Source: Candidatus Methylomirabilis sp. (GTDB taxonomy: Bacteria > Methylomirabilota > Methylomirabilia > Methylomirabilales > Methylomirabilaceae). From it: a DNA stretch of 34,969 nucleotides. The DNA lies in assembly GCA_041498975.1 (NCBI GenBank), contig JBGQJI010000007.1, forward strand, positions 1 to 34,969, read 5' to 3'. The notes beneath the pieces are model-generated. The model saw only the letters and a program-made list of their open reading frames with translations. It ran no database searches and was not told where the DNA came from. The position numbers and the translations under genes were made by a program. Of this stretch, positions 6,469 through 14,872 are shown one piece after another; the stretch's first letter is position 1; each line of letters begins with the position of its first letter.

Positions 6469-8790
6469 ATGAGCGAATCCAGTATCGTACTCCCCACGTT
6501 CGGCCCGCAGGAATGGAAGCTCCTTTGGTTCGTCCTGGTCTCGGCCTTCATCGCATTGGGGTACGGCGCCTACCTGGCGAAGAAGACCATCAGGGAGGAC
6601 CCCGGCAGCCAGGCCATGCAGGATGTCGCCAAAGCAATAGAAGAGGGGGCGCTGGCGTACCTGGCGCGCCAGGTCAAGACGATGATCTGGTTCGTCATCG
6701 CCATCACTGTTGGCCTCTTTTTCATGTATCGCAGCATGTACGAAGGGATGCTCCTGCCACTTGGCGTGTCGCTGGCGTTCTTCATGGGAGTCGCGGCCTC
6801 CTACGGCGCTGGCTACGTCGGCATGGGGCTTGCCGTGAAGGGGAATGTCCGGACCGCGGCAGCGGCGCTGAAGAGCTTCAAGACTTCTTTGGAGATCGCA
6901 TTCAGGGCCGGGACCGTCTCCGGAATGTTCACTGTGGGCCTGGGGTTATTGGGCGCGACCATCATCTTCCTCGTGTTTAAAGAGAACGCGATGAAGATCC
7001 TGATCGGTTTCGGCTTTGGCGGGTCCTTGGCCGCCCTCTTCATGCGTATGGGGGGCGGCATCTACACCAAGGCGGCGGACGTGGGCGCCGACTTGGTGGG
7101 CAAGGTCGAAAAGGGCATCCCCGAGGACGATCCTCGCAATGCCGCCACGATCGCCGACCTTGTCGGAGACAATGTCGGCGACTGCGCCGGGATGGCCGCC
7201 GACGTCTTTGAGTCATACGAGGTCACGCTCGTCGCGGCGATCATCCTGGGGGCCGGGGCGATGCTGGACAAAGACTTTGTCGAGTCCTTCGGCGGCGCCG
7301 CAAGCGCGTCCAAGGTCGTCCTGGCCCTGGTCATCTACCCGCTCCTGATCCGTGCTGTGGGTGTCTTCGGCTCCATCTTCGGCACTTTGTGTGTTCGTGG
7401 CAAGGACGACCCTGCCATGGATCCGATGAAGCCGATCACCTTCGGCTTCTGGATGGCGGCCCTGAGCTCTATCGTCGGCTTCTGGCTGGTGAGTTACTTT
7501 TACCTTGGTGACATCGTGAGCCCGAAGTACGGTACCCTTTGGTGGCGGGTCCTGCTGGCCAATGTCATGGGGATCGGCCTGGCGCTGGTGATCGAGTGGC
7601 TCACAGGCTATTTCACGTCCACCGACAAGAAGCCCGTGACCGAGATCGCCTATGCCAGCCGGACCGGGCCCGCGACACTGATTCTCACCGGGTTTGCTGC
7701 CGGCCTCGAATCGAGCGTCTGGGCGGTGCTTGCTATCGTCGCAACCATCTTCGGCTCCTATAGCATCTTCGGCGGGAGCTTCTCGCTTTCGGCGTACGGG
7801 ATCGCGCTGGCCGGGTTGGGGCTTTTGGCGACCACCGGCTTTGTTCTGGCGGAGGACACCTTCGGCCCGATCTCGGATAACGCCAACGGCATCTTCGAGA
7901 TGTCAGGGGCATTGAAGAACAACCCGAGGACGCCTTCCGGGATCGAGGCCCATCGGATTGTCGCGAAGCTCGACGCGGTCGGCAACACCACGAAGGCGTT
8001 GACAAAGGGACTCGCGATCGCCACGGCGGTGCTCGCCGCCGTTTCGCTTTTCCGTTCCTTCATCGACGAGGCCCACCTGATCGAAAGCGGGATTCAAGTC
8101 AACCTTCCGGAAGTCTTCGTGGGCTTCCTGATCGGCGGCGCGGTCCCGTTCCTCTTCTGCTCTTTTGCGATCCAGGCGGTGAGCCGTGCGGCGTTCCTCC
8201 TTGTTGAGGAAGTCCGGCGCCAGTTCCGGGAGAAGCCGGGTATCATGGAGTTCAAGGAAAAGCCCGACTACGCTCGCTGCGTGGAAATCGTCACCGCCGC
8301 GGCGCAGAAGGAGTTGATGGGGCCCGGCATCCTTTCGATCGTGAGCCCGATCCTGGTCGCGTTCGCCTTCGGCGCGCCGGCGCTGGGCGGTTTCCTCGCC
8401 GGCGCCATCCTGACCGGCCAACTCATGGCGGTGTTTCTGTCGAATACCGGCGGGGCCTGGGACAACGCCAAGAAGAAGATCGAGGAAGGGCTGTTCGGCG
8501 GAAAGGGGACGGACTGCCACAAGGCGGCGGTCATCGGCGACACGGTCGGCGATCCGTTCAAGGATACCGCCGGCCCGGCGATCAACCCGATGATCAAGGT
8601 GATGAATCTGGTGGCGATCCTGATCGCGCCGCTTGCCATCCGCCAGATTGGAGGAGGCACGCGGTTCATGATCTTCCTCGCATGCCTGATCGTTCTGGGC
8701 CTCTCCGTCGCCTTCAGCAAGCGGGGCTCCATCGCCGATGAGGCCCAGGAGGGAGGGGCAGTAAAGGCGGAGGCCACAAAAGCGCGCTAA
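6469..8790 (+). CDS. hppA: Membrane-bound pyrophosphatase, K+-independent H+-translocating type
   Basis: GGGIYTKAADVGADLVGKVE, EDDPRNAATIAD-VGDNVGD, FGPISDNANGI, LDAVGNTTKA, GDTVGDPFKDTAGP; many TM segments. Confidence 0.95.
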   Translation: MSESSIVLPTFGPQEWKLLWFVLVSAFIALGYGAYLAKKTIREDPGSQAMQDVAKAIEEGALAYLARQVKTMIWFVIAITVGLFFMYRSMYEGMLLPLGVSLAFFMGVAASYGAGYVGMGLAVKGNVRTAAAALKSFKTSLEIAFRAGTVSGMFTVGLGLLGATIIFLVFKENAMKILIGFGFGGSLAALFMRMGGGIYTKAADVGADLVGKVEKGIPEDDPRNAATIADLVGDNVGDCAGMAADVFESYEVTLVAAIILGAGAMLDKDFVESFGGAASASKVVLALVIYPLLIRAVGVFGSIFGTLCVRGKDDPAMDPMKPITFGFWMAALSSIVGFWLVSYFYLGDIVSPKYGTLWWRVLLANVMGIGLALVIEWLTGYFTSTDKKPVTEIAYASRTGPATLILTGFAAGLESSVWAVLAIVATIFGSYSIFGGSFSLSAYGIALAGLGLLATTGFVLAEDTFGPISDNANGIFEMSGALKNNPRTPSGIEAHRIVAKLDAVGNTTKALTKGLAIATAVLAAVSLFRSFIDEAHLIESGIQVNLPEVFVGFLIGGAVPFLFCSFAIQAVSRAAFLLVEEVRRQFREKPGIMEFKEKPDYARCVEIVTAAAQKELMGPGILSIVSPILVAFAFGAPALGGFLAGAILTGQLMAVFLSNTGGAWDNAKKKIEEGLFGGKGTDCHKAAVIGDTVGDPFKDTAGPAINPMIKVMNLVAILIAPLAIRQIGGGTRFMIFLACLIVLGLSVAFSKRGSIADEAQEGGAVKAEATKAR

Positions 8791-8811
8791 TACGCGGACA
8801 TTTAACGAATT

Positions 8812-8892
8812 GTCATTGCGAGGGAACGAAGTGACCGAAGCAATCTCAGAAAGCACGAGGTTGCAGCGCTCCTTCCAGTCGCTCGCAATGAC
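8812..8892. repeat. Palindromic repeat GTCATTGCGAG...GAAGCAATCT...CTCGCAATGAC
   Basis: 11-bp terminal inverted repeat; related copies at 11632-11905 and 23212-23290. Confidence 0.8.
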
Positions 8893-8943
8893 GGTATGAG
8901 GGTAGTCAATGTGTTTGCTTTAGTGGGCACATTGCGTCGTGCG

Positions 8944-8984
8944 GAGCAGCGGCTTCCAAGAGCGGAAGCCGCTGTTCATTTCTG
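8944..8984 (+). terminator. Probable intrinsic terminator downstream of hppA
   Basis: gagcagcggcttcc-aagagc-ggaagccgctgttc 14-bp stem followed by atttct. Confidence 0.55.
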
Positions 8985-9038
8985 GTTGCCCTCGCGATGG
9001 AAAAGAACGCGATGGGCGGGAGCAGTGACTCGGGAGGC

Positions 9039-9860
9039 ATGATGGAGCGAGTCACCGATCCATGGCAGCACGTTGACGCTTCAGGGGAGTCCGATCGCCT
9101 CCTACGAATGTTGGAGGAGCGAGGGGCGACCCCTGAGCTTGCAGAGCTTCGGAGGCGCTGGCTGGAGTTCACGGGCGTCCCCCCCGGTTATCATGTCCTC
9201 GACGTTGGGTGCGGCACCGGGGTTGTCTCACGAGATCTCGCGCAGCGGGTCGGCGAACAGGGAAGGGTGGTGGGCGTCGATCCGAGCCGACACCTCATCG
9301 AAGAAGCGGTGCGCCGCGCGAGGGCGGAGGGGCTCGAAGGGCGGATCGAGTTCCGGGCCGCCGAAGGGTCCGCACTTCCGTTCCCGGATGGGAGCTTTGA
9401 TCTGGTCGTCGCGTCCGCAGTCTTCAGTCACATCGCCGACGCGGTGCAGGTGCTGGCCGAGATGACTCGAGTGGCCCGCGCCGGAGGGACCGCAGCGGTG
9501 TTCGACCACGATATCGACACGATCGTCGTCAATGCATCTGATCGCGAACTCAGCCGCCGGATCATTCATGCGTACTGTGATTGCTACTTCACCAGCGGCT
9601 GGGCCGGGCGTGAGCTCTACGCGCTGTTTCGGCAGGTGGATCTGAAAGACATCTCTATCCTTCCGATGATCCTCAGCTCGACGGAGTTCGGGGGCTACTG
9701 GCAGCAGGTTGTGGAGCGGTCGAGCACTGTGGCCGTCAAGACAGGCGCGGTGTCACAGGAAGAGGCGGAGGGGTGGCGAGCGGATCTGGAGCGGAAGGGG
9801 AGGGAGGGCCGTTTCTTCGGGTGCCGGAACTTCTACTGCCTGCGCGGCCGCAAACCCTAA
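9039..9860 (+). CDS. Class I SAM-dependent methyltransferase (UbiE-like fold)
   Basis: VLDVGCGTG motif I, VVGVDPS, LPFPDGSFDLV, EMTRVARAGG; GGGAGG RBS before ATG 9039/9042. Confidence 0.9.
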   Translation: MMERVTDPWQHVDASGESDRLLRMLEERGATPELAELRRRWLEFTGVPPGYHVLDVGCGTGVVSRDLAQRVGEQGRVVGVDPSRHLIEEAVRRARAEGLEGRIEFRAAEGSALPFPDGSFDLVVASAVFSHIADAVQVLAEMTRVARAGGTAAVFDHDIDTIVVNASDRELSRRIIHAYCDCYFTSGWAGRELYALFRQVDLKDISILPMILSSTEFGGYWQQVVERSSTVAVKTGAVSQEEAEGWRADLERKGREGRFFGCRNFYCLRGRKP

Positions 9861-9911
9861 GCGGGTGGAGAGGGGGCACCGTGTCCGCGGTCTCGTGGAA
9901 AGACATTGCAG

Positions 9912-9940
9912 TTGACTGCAAAAAGCTTTTTGCATACAGT
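9912..9940 (+). promoter_or_regulatory. Putative sigma70 promoter with a perfect 18-bp palindrome across the spacer
   Basis: TTGACT-N17-TACAGT; TGCAAAAAGCTTTTTGCA at 9917-9934. Confidence 0.6.
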
Positions 9941-10139
9941 GACCAGAGAACTAATGGCTCTCGTGCCGTTCCAACGTAATTCCGGGAATGTGAGCAGCGT
10001 CCATTATGGCAATACGCGCGACCGCGCGGGACGGCAAAGTCGCCATCAAGAGTTGGGACGGTACTGGCAGCAGGCTCGACAGATAGCAGAGACCGCCGGC
10101 GAAATATTGGCAGAAGCGAACGCATCAAGGGAGACAACC

Positions 10140-11624
10140 ATGATCCTCAATAAGAAACAACTCATTGCCAATGGCGTGACGGACCACGCGAAGAAAATAC
10201 GGCGTGACCTCGTGGCTGTTCTGGAGAACGTGCTGGCGGCCATCGACCCTTTTTCTTTGACGAAGAACAACTTGACACTCCAAGGCAATCGGTTAACCGT
10301 AGCCAAGGAGTTGAAGCTGGACCTTTCTCGCTACAGGAATATTTATGTCCTCGGCGCAGGCAAAGCAGTGTACAAAATGGCCCTTGCCGTGGAAAGACTG
10401 CTCGGGGCACGAATCACTACTGGATGGATCAATATCCCCTCAATGCCAGAGAAGAATGAGCTAAGGAGAATCAAGGTTAACCTGGCCCGGCATCCGAGGC
10501 CCAACGCGGCAGGCGTTCGAGGAAGCAAACACATCCGCTCGATATTGGAAAAAGCCGGCGAGGATGATCTGGTTATCGCTGTGATTTCGGGCGGCGGCTC
10601 AGCGTTAATGCCTCTCCCTGCTGCCGGTATCACGCTATCTGAGAAAGTCCAACTGACCTCGCTCTTTTTAAAGAGCGCCGCGAGTATCCATGAAATTAAC
10701 GTTGTCCGGAAGCATATGTCCGGGATCAAAGGAGGCCAGTTTGCGCGATACGCCTATCCAGCCACACTCATGGCGCTGTACGTGTCCGATATTATCGACG
10801 ATCCTTTTGATATCCAGGCCTCAGGCCCGACCGCACCTGACCCTTCGACGTTTGCTGACGCGATTGAAATTCTCAAGAAATTCGGAATCTGGAACAGTGC
10901 GCCAGGTAGCATCAGGTCAAGGTTCTTGCTCGGTGCCCAAGGATCGATTCCTGAAACCCCAAAGTCCCAGGATGAAGTGTTCCGGAAAGGAAAGGTCCAT
11001 AATTTCACCATCGCCAACCACAATACTGCCTGCGAAGCTTCAGCAAAAGCAGGAAAGAAACTAGGCTATCATATCTTGCCATTGACATCGAGCATCCAGG
11101 GCGAAGCGCGGGAAGTCGCGAAGGTAATAGTGTCCATTGGGAAGCAGGTTTTGCGATACGGAAAGCCGCTGACCAAACCGGCCCTGATTATTGCCGGTGG
11201 CGAGACTCCGGTGAATGTTCGCGGCAAGGGCCATGGCGGCAGGATGCAGGAATTGGGATTGGCCGGCTTGTTGCACCTCAAGGCGGGTATGACGCTTGCT
11301 GCCTTTGCCACTGACGGCGTGGACGGGATCACTCCAGAACCAATGGCAGGAGCAATCGGTGACATGGGCACGAAAGAGCGAGGCCAGAAAATGGGCCTTG
11401 ATGTGCAAAAATATTTGACTGACAACAATTCATACGCGTACTTCCAGCGGGTCGGAGACCATATCATCACCGGGCCAACAGGCACAAACGTTGCCGATCT
11501 GACCCTGCTGGCCGTATATTTACTCACTCCCTCCTCCCACGGACCTAAGGCCTCACCGCGATTCCCGAACTGCCGGGGATCTTCTTCGCACGTGGATCAC
11601 AAGCATCTAGTACAAACGCATTAA
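10140..11624 (+). CDS. Glycerate kinase type-2 family protein (DUF4147 + MOFRL)
   Basis: GAGKA, ISGGGSAL, EINVVRKHMSGIKGG, ASGPTAPDPST, AGGET, TDGVDG, TGPTGTNV; AGGGAG RBS before ATG 10140. Confidence 0.9.
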   Translation: MILNKKQLIANGVTDHAKKIRRDLVAVLENVLAAIDPFSLTKNNLTLQGNRLTVAKELKLDLSRYRNIYVLGAGKAVYKMALAVERLLGARITTGWINIPSMPEKNELRRIKVNLARHPRPNAAGVRGSKHIRSILEKAGEDDLVIAVISGGGSALMPLPAAGITLSEKVQLTSLFLKSAASIHEINVVRKHMSGIKGGQFARYAYPATLMALYVSDIIDDPFDIQASGPTAPDPSTFADAIEILKKFGIWNSAPGSIRSRFLLGAQGSIPETPKSQDEVFRKGKVHNFTIANHNTACEASAKAGKKLGYHILPLTSSIQGEAREVAKVIVSIGKQVLRYGKPLTKPALIIAGGETPVNVRGKGHGGRMQELGLAGLLHLKAGMTLAAFATDGVDGITPEPMAGAIGDMGTKERGQKMGLDVQKYLTDNNSYAYFQRVGDHIITGPTGTNVADLTLLAVYLLTPSSHGPKASPRFPNCRGSSSHVDHKHLVQTH

Positions 11625-11631
11625 ATGGGGT

Positions 11632-11905
11632 GTCATTGCTCCGAAACTCCCCCTCACCCTAACCCTCTCCCCCAAATGGGGGCGAGGGAACGTAAGGGGA
11701 CTTTCATGCCCATGGGTGTACCGCAGGCACATGGGGTATTGCGAGGAGCGAGACCCCTCGCCGCTGCTCGGGGCAGGCTGCGCAATCTGACCTGAAAGGT
11801 CATTCCGAGTGAAGCGAGGAATCTCGGAGAGATTGCTTCGGCTGCGCCTCGCAACGACACTTCGTGTCGGATTGCCGCGCTCCCGTTGGTCGCTCGCAAT
11901 GACGA
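11632..11905. repeat. Cluster of nested palindromic REP/MITE-like units between convergent genes
   Basis: cccctcaccctaaccctctcccccaaatgggggcgaggg; gtattgcgaggagcg...gcaatct; gtcattccgagtgaagcgaggaatctc; gagattgcttcg...ctcgcaacgac; gattgccgcg...ctcgcaatgac. Confidence 0.8.
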
Positions 11906-12074
11906 AGTAACAACACTTAATGCGCTGGCTAAAGATCGCTCGTCGCGCAATCTTGCGATTTGAGCGAACAGGTTGGAACGGAACTAGCCTAGACGAGGGA
12001 GAGTGGAGGACCTTTGAGCAGGTGTTGCTGCCAGTGCTGCCAGTTCGGGGAATCGCTCCCGAAAGCTTGCACTG

Positions 12075-12404
12075 TCAGAAGGAGGCGGCCTTCTCGAAGT
12101 ACGGGATGTCTACGCGGCTGACATGATCCTTTCGGGCCTGATCGGCGACCTTGCTGGCGACCATCTGGCGAACGAATGGGATCGGTATCCTCCCGACCCG
12201 ATGCGCGACTTCCCCCGAGCACGGAACGGTCGCGCCGTCGGGATACGGGCCGCCGGCCTCTGGGGCGTGAGCGTGTCCGCAGGTCTCGGGGACCAGTTGT
12301 TGCAGGCGCGTAGCCACGAGTTGTGTCACCCGCTCTTTGATCTGGTTGGTGACGTATGGGGCGTCCATCCACTGGCTCTCGGTCCGCTCGAGGAGGCTCG
12401 TCAT
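12075..12404 (-). CDS. Small protein with a C-terminal PCP_red (BchB/ChlB C-terminal-like) domain
   Basis: EVAHRVGRIPIPFVRQMVASKVADQARKDHVSRVD resembles the PCP_red consensus EA..RL.RIP.FVR.MV...VE..AR; GGAG RBS 6 nt before ATG 12404. Confidence 0.6.
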   Translation of the reverse strand: MTSLLERTESQWMDAPYVTNQIKERVTQLVATRLQQLVPETCGHAHAPEAGGPYPDGATVPCSGEVAHRVGRIPIPFVRQMVASKVADQARKDHVSRVDIPYFEKAASF

Positions 12405-12512
12405 CACCGACTCCAGGCGAGTGGTCGTTCCTCCAGCTTGCTCAGCTGTGCCTCGCTCTTCTCTGTCACTAGCATCGTTCAAACTTGCGGTCAAGGGTAA
12501 ACAGTGGCGCGC

Positions 12513-12539
12513 CGGGCTTCGACAAGCTCAGCCCGAACG
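12513..12539. repeat. REP-like hairpin (CTTCGACAAGCTCAG type)
   Basis: cgggcttcgacaagctcagcccgaacg; followed by heptamer repeats aaaccct/aaacccc at about 12564-12584. Confidence 0.55.
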
Positions 12540-12589
12540 ACTTCCCTGTTCAACCTTCTCTCGAAACCCTAAACCCCAAACCCTGTCTC

Positions 12590-13501
12590 TTAGTAGACCG
12601 GCGTCAGCCAGTCCCGGTACTTTTTGTGGTTCCCCTTGACGACATCGAAATAGAGGGACTGGATCTTGGCGGTGATCGGCCCGATACCGCCGTTGCCAAG
12701 CGGCCGTTTGTCCACCTCGATCATGGGGGATACCTGAGCACCCGTCCCACAGAGAAACGCCTCGTCCGCCACGTATAACTCCGTTCGGCCAATGGGCCGC
12801 TCCATCGTCTCGATTCCCAGTTCTTCCCTGGCCAACTCGATCACTGTCTCGCGCGTGATCCCCTCCAGAATATCCTCGGAGAGGGCGGGTGTGATCAGCT
12901 TCCCGCCCCTGATGAGGAAGAGGTTCTCCGCCGATCCCTCCGAGACAAAGCCATTCTCGGTAAGGAAGATCGCCTCATCGTACCCATGCTCCAGGGCCTC
13001 GGTCTTGGCCAGAGCTGAGTTGACGTAGCCTCCGGTGACCTTGCAGCGGGCAGGGATGGTATTGTCGTTGATCCGACGCCAGGAGGAGAAGCCGACCTTA
13101 ATCCCGCTTGAGACATCGATGTAGTCCCCAAGCGGGATGGTGTACATGGCGAAACCGGTGGGGTAGCCGACGAACTTTGGACCGATCCCCTCGGAATCGA
13201 CATACGCGATCGGCCTGATGTACGTGTCGGTCTCGGGGCGGTTTTTCCTGAGCAATTCGACCGTGATTTCCGACAACTCCTTCTCGTCTTTGCCGATGTT
13301 GAGCTTGAGGACTCGGCAATTCCTGAGCATCCGGAGGTAATGTTCCACAAGCCGGAAGACGTAGAGCTGCCGCTTTTCCTGGTTCCAGTAGGCGCGAATC
13401 CCCTCGAATACCCCGGTCCCGTACTGGAACGTGTTGTTCTGAATACTGATCTTGGCCTGATCGACCGGAACGAACTGGCTCTTGAAATAGGTGTACGTCA
13501 T
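12590..13501 (-). CDS. ilvE: Branched-chain amino acid aminotransferase
   Basis: FQYGTGVFEGIRAY, YIRP, CKVTGGYVNS, SEGSAENLF, ILEGITR, DEAFLCGTGAQV. Confidence 0.95.
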   Translation of the reverse strand: MTYTYFKSQFVPVDQAKISIQNNTFQYGTGVFEGIRAYWNQEKRQLYVFRLVEHYLRMLRNCRVLKLNIGKDEKELSEITVELLRKNRPETDTYIRPIAYVDSEGIGPKFVGYPTGFAMYTIPLGDYIDVSSGIKVGFSSWRRINDNTIPARCKVTGGYVNSALAKTEALEHGYDEAIFLTENGFVSEGSAENLFLIRGGKLITPALSEDILEGITRETVIELAREELGIETMERPIGRTELYVADEAFLCGTGAQVSPMIEVDKRPLGNGGIGPITAKIQSLYFDVVKGNHKKYRDWLTPVY

Positions 13502-13539
13502 CGTCTTCCCCCTGTGCAGGGCTGAGAAATACAGGGCTC

Positions 13540-13568
13540 AACCTAGCGGGAATCGAAGAAAAAGTCAA
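13540..13568 (-). promoter_or_regulatory. Putative sigma70 promoter for ilvE
   Basis: Minus strand TTGACT-N17-TAGGTT. Confidence 0.55.
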
Positions 13569-13698
13569 TAAGTTTCACGGTCATTCACTGAGGGGCAAGG
13601 GATGCTCAATGGGCAATCGGCGCGTCCGCGAGCCCCGTTCTTTGGACCTTCGTGAGGACTGTTGGCCGAAGGCATTGCCGGACGTGGGGGGAATGACC

Positions 13699-13727
13699 TT
13701 GACATTTCATAGTCGGGACGGTATTTT
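13699..13727 (+). promoter_or_regulatory. Putative sigma70 promoter for the romR-like gene
   Basis: TTGACA-N17-TATTTT. Confidence 0.6.
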
Positions 13728-13775
13728 TTGGGCAGCTTGCGTCGAACGTGGCAGACACGAGGCCAGAGGGGCAGG

Positions 13776-14585
13776 ATGGGCGCGAAGATTCTGGTTGCCG
13801 ATGACAGCATGACGATTCAGACAGCGGTTCATCTCACCTTCGGCCGGGAGGACGTGGAGCTGATTCCCGCCAGAAGTGGGGAGGAGGCGATCCGAAAGGC
13901 CAAGGAGGTTGCCCCGGACCTGATGTTGATCGACACCGTCATGCCTGACGGAAGCGGGTATGAGGTTTGTCGGGCCCTCAAGGCAGACCCTGCCATGCGG
14001 GATGTCCCGGTGATCCTGATGACGGGAACCTTTGAGGCTGTGGACAGTTCAGAAGGGCAGACAGTTGGCGCGAACGATTTCATTGCCAAGCCATTCGAGT
14101 CGCAGGCGCTGATCAAAAAGGTCAAACAGCTCCTGATTGCTCGGCCGAGTCGCCTTGCGATGCCAGCCGACATGGAGTCAGAGGTGGCAGTAATGGAGGT
14201 GGAGGCTCGCGCCGCGCAGTTTGCGGAGGCAGGGCCGCTGCCGCTGGAAGAGGAGCCGGTTTTCGCCGGGTCTCTTACCCCGCCTGCCATCCCCCCGCCT
14301 TTCACGGATCAGGAGAGTCCAGCTCCGTCTTCGGAGGCACGAACTGTGGCCGCGGGGCCTCTCCCGGTCGTCGTGCCAGCCGAGATTCCCCAGCAAATGC
14401 TCGAGCGGGCGGTGACGGACACTGCTGAGCAGGTCGTGAATCGGCTGGCCAAGGAAGTGGCCGAGAAGCTGGGGGAGCGGATCGAGAGGATCGTTCGGGA
14501 GGTCGTCCCAGCGTTGGCAGAGAGCCTGATCGTCAAGGAGATCGAACGAATCAAGGCGTCGATCGAAGGCAAAGCGGCCGAGTGA
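13776..14585 (+). CDS. romR: Response regulator, RomR-like (receiver, Pro/Glu-rich linker, conserved C-terminal helix)
   Basis: Receiver KILVADDS...LIDTVMPD...LMTG...AKPF; disordered Pro-rich linker; C-terminal IERIVREVVPALAESLIVKEIERIK resembles RomR-C (E.IAWEVVP.LAE..I.EE..R); lies upstream of valS. Confidence 0.75.
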   Translation: MGAKILVADDSMTIQTAVHLTFGREDVELIPARSGEEAIRKAKEVAPDLMLIDTVMPDGSGYEVCRALKADPAMRDVPVILMTGTFEAVDSSEGQTVGANDFIAKPFESQALIKKVKQLLIARPSRLAMPADMESEVAVMEVEARAAQFAEAGPLPLEEEPVFAGSLTPPAIPPPFTDQESPAPSSEARTVAAGPLPVVVPAEIPQQMLERAVTDTAEQVVNRLAKEVAEKLGERIERIVREVVPALAESLIVKEIERIKASIEGKAAE

Positions 14586-14603
14586 CCTGAGGGGGGGGCA
14601 CCA

Positions 14604-14660
14604 AAACGGGGAGAGGAGCTGGAGCGGTGCTCCGGCCCCTGGTCCCCGTTTCTTGCTTTG
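14604..14660 (+). terminator. Hairpin/terminator after the romR-like gene
   Basis: aaacgggga...ggagc-ggt-gctcc...tccccgttt followed by cttgctttg. Confidence 0.55.
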
Positions 14661-14687
14661 TTGCTTATGCCACGTCAATTAACTTTG

Positions 14688-14830
14688 CCTAGCGGCGTTG
14701 CTGGCTCCCGGGGCATTCCCTGCGACGTACCTGGAAACGTACGCCGGGTACCCGCGAAGTGGGTGCGGCCCCGGAAGCCGCGCCTGGACCCACCATCGGT
14801 GGGTACCCCGCTCGTTCCGTGGCCTGGCAC
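14688..14830. repeat. Multi-hairpin REP/MITE-like element upstream of valS
   Basis: Nested inverted repeats: cgtac...gtacg, gggtaccc occurring twice, acccacc-atc-ggtgggt. Confidence 0.4.
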
Positions 14831-14872
14831 AGTATTCACCAGCTCGTTCGGGAAGTAACTGGAGTCGTACCG

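Noticed and set aside
9969..10058. TTCCAAC...GTTGGGA as an attC preceding the kinase gene
   Set aside because: R-like ends are present but no L''/L' pairing at the right spacing, and no attC follows the gene.
9906..10139. N-terminal extensions given by the ORF track for the kinase (also purF 4551, romR 13728, valS 14759, hicB 30003)
   Set aside because: They run through promoters or repeats and lack RBSs; downstream ATGs with RBSs match the family N-termini.
14780..14815. T-box leader for valS (GGTGGGTACC)
   Set aside because: One extra base relative to GGTGGNACC, it sits inside a perfect hairpin, and no stem I motifs or downstream terminator are seen.
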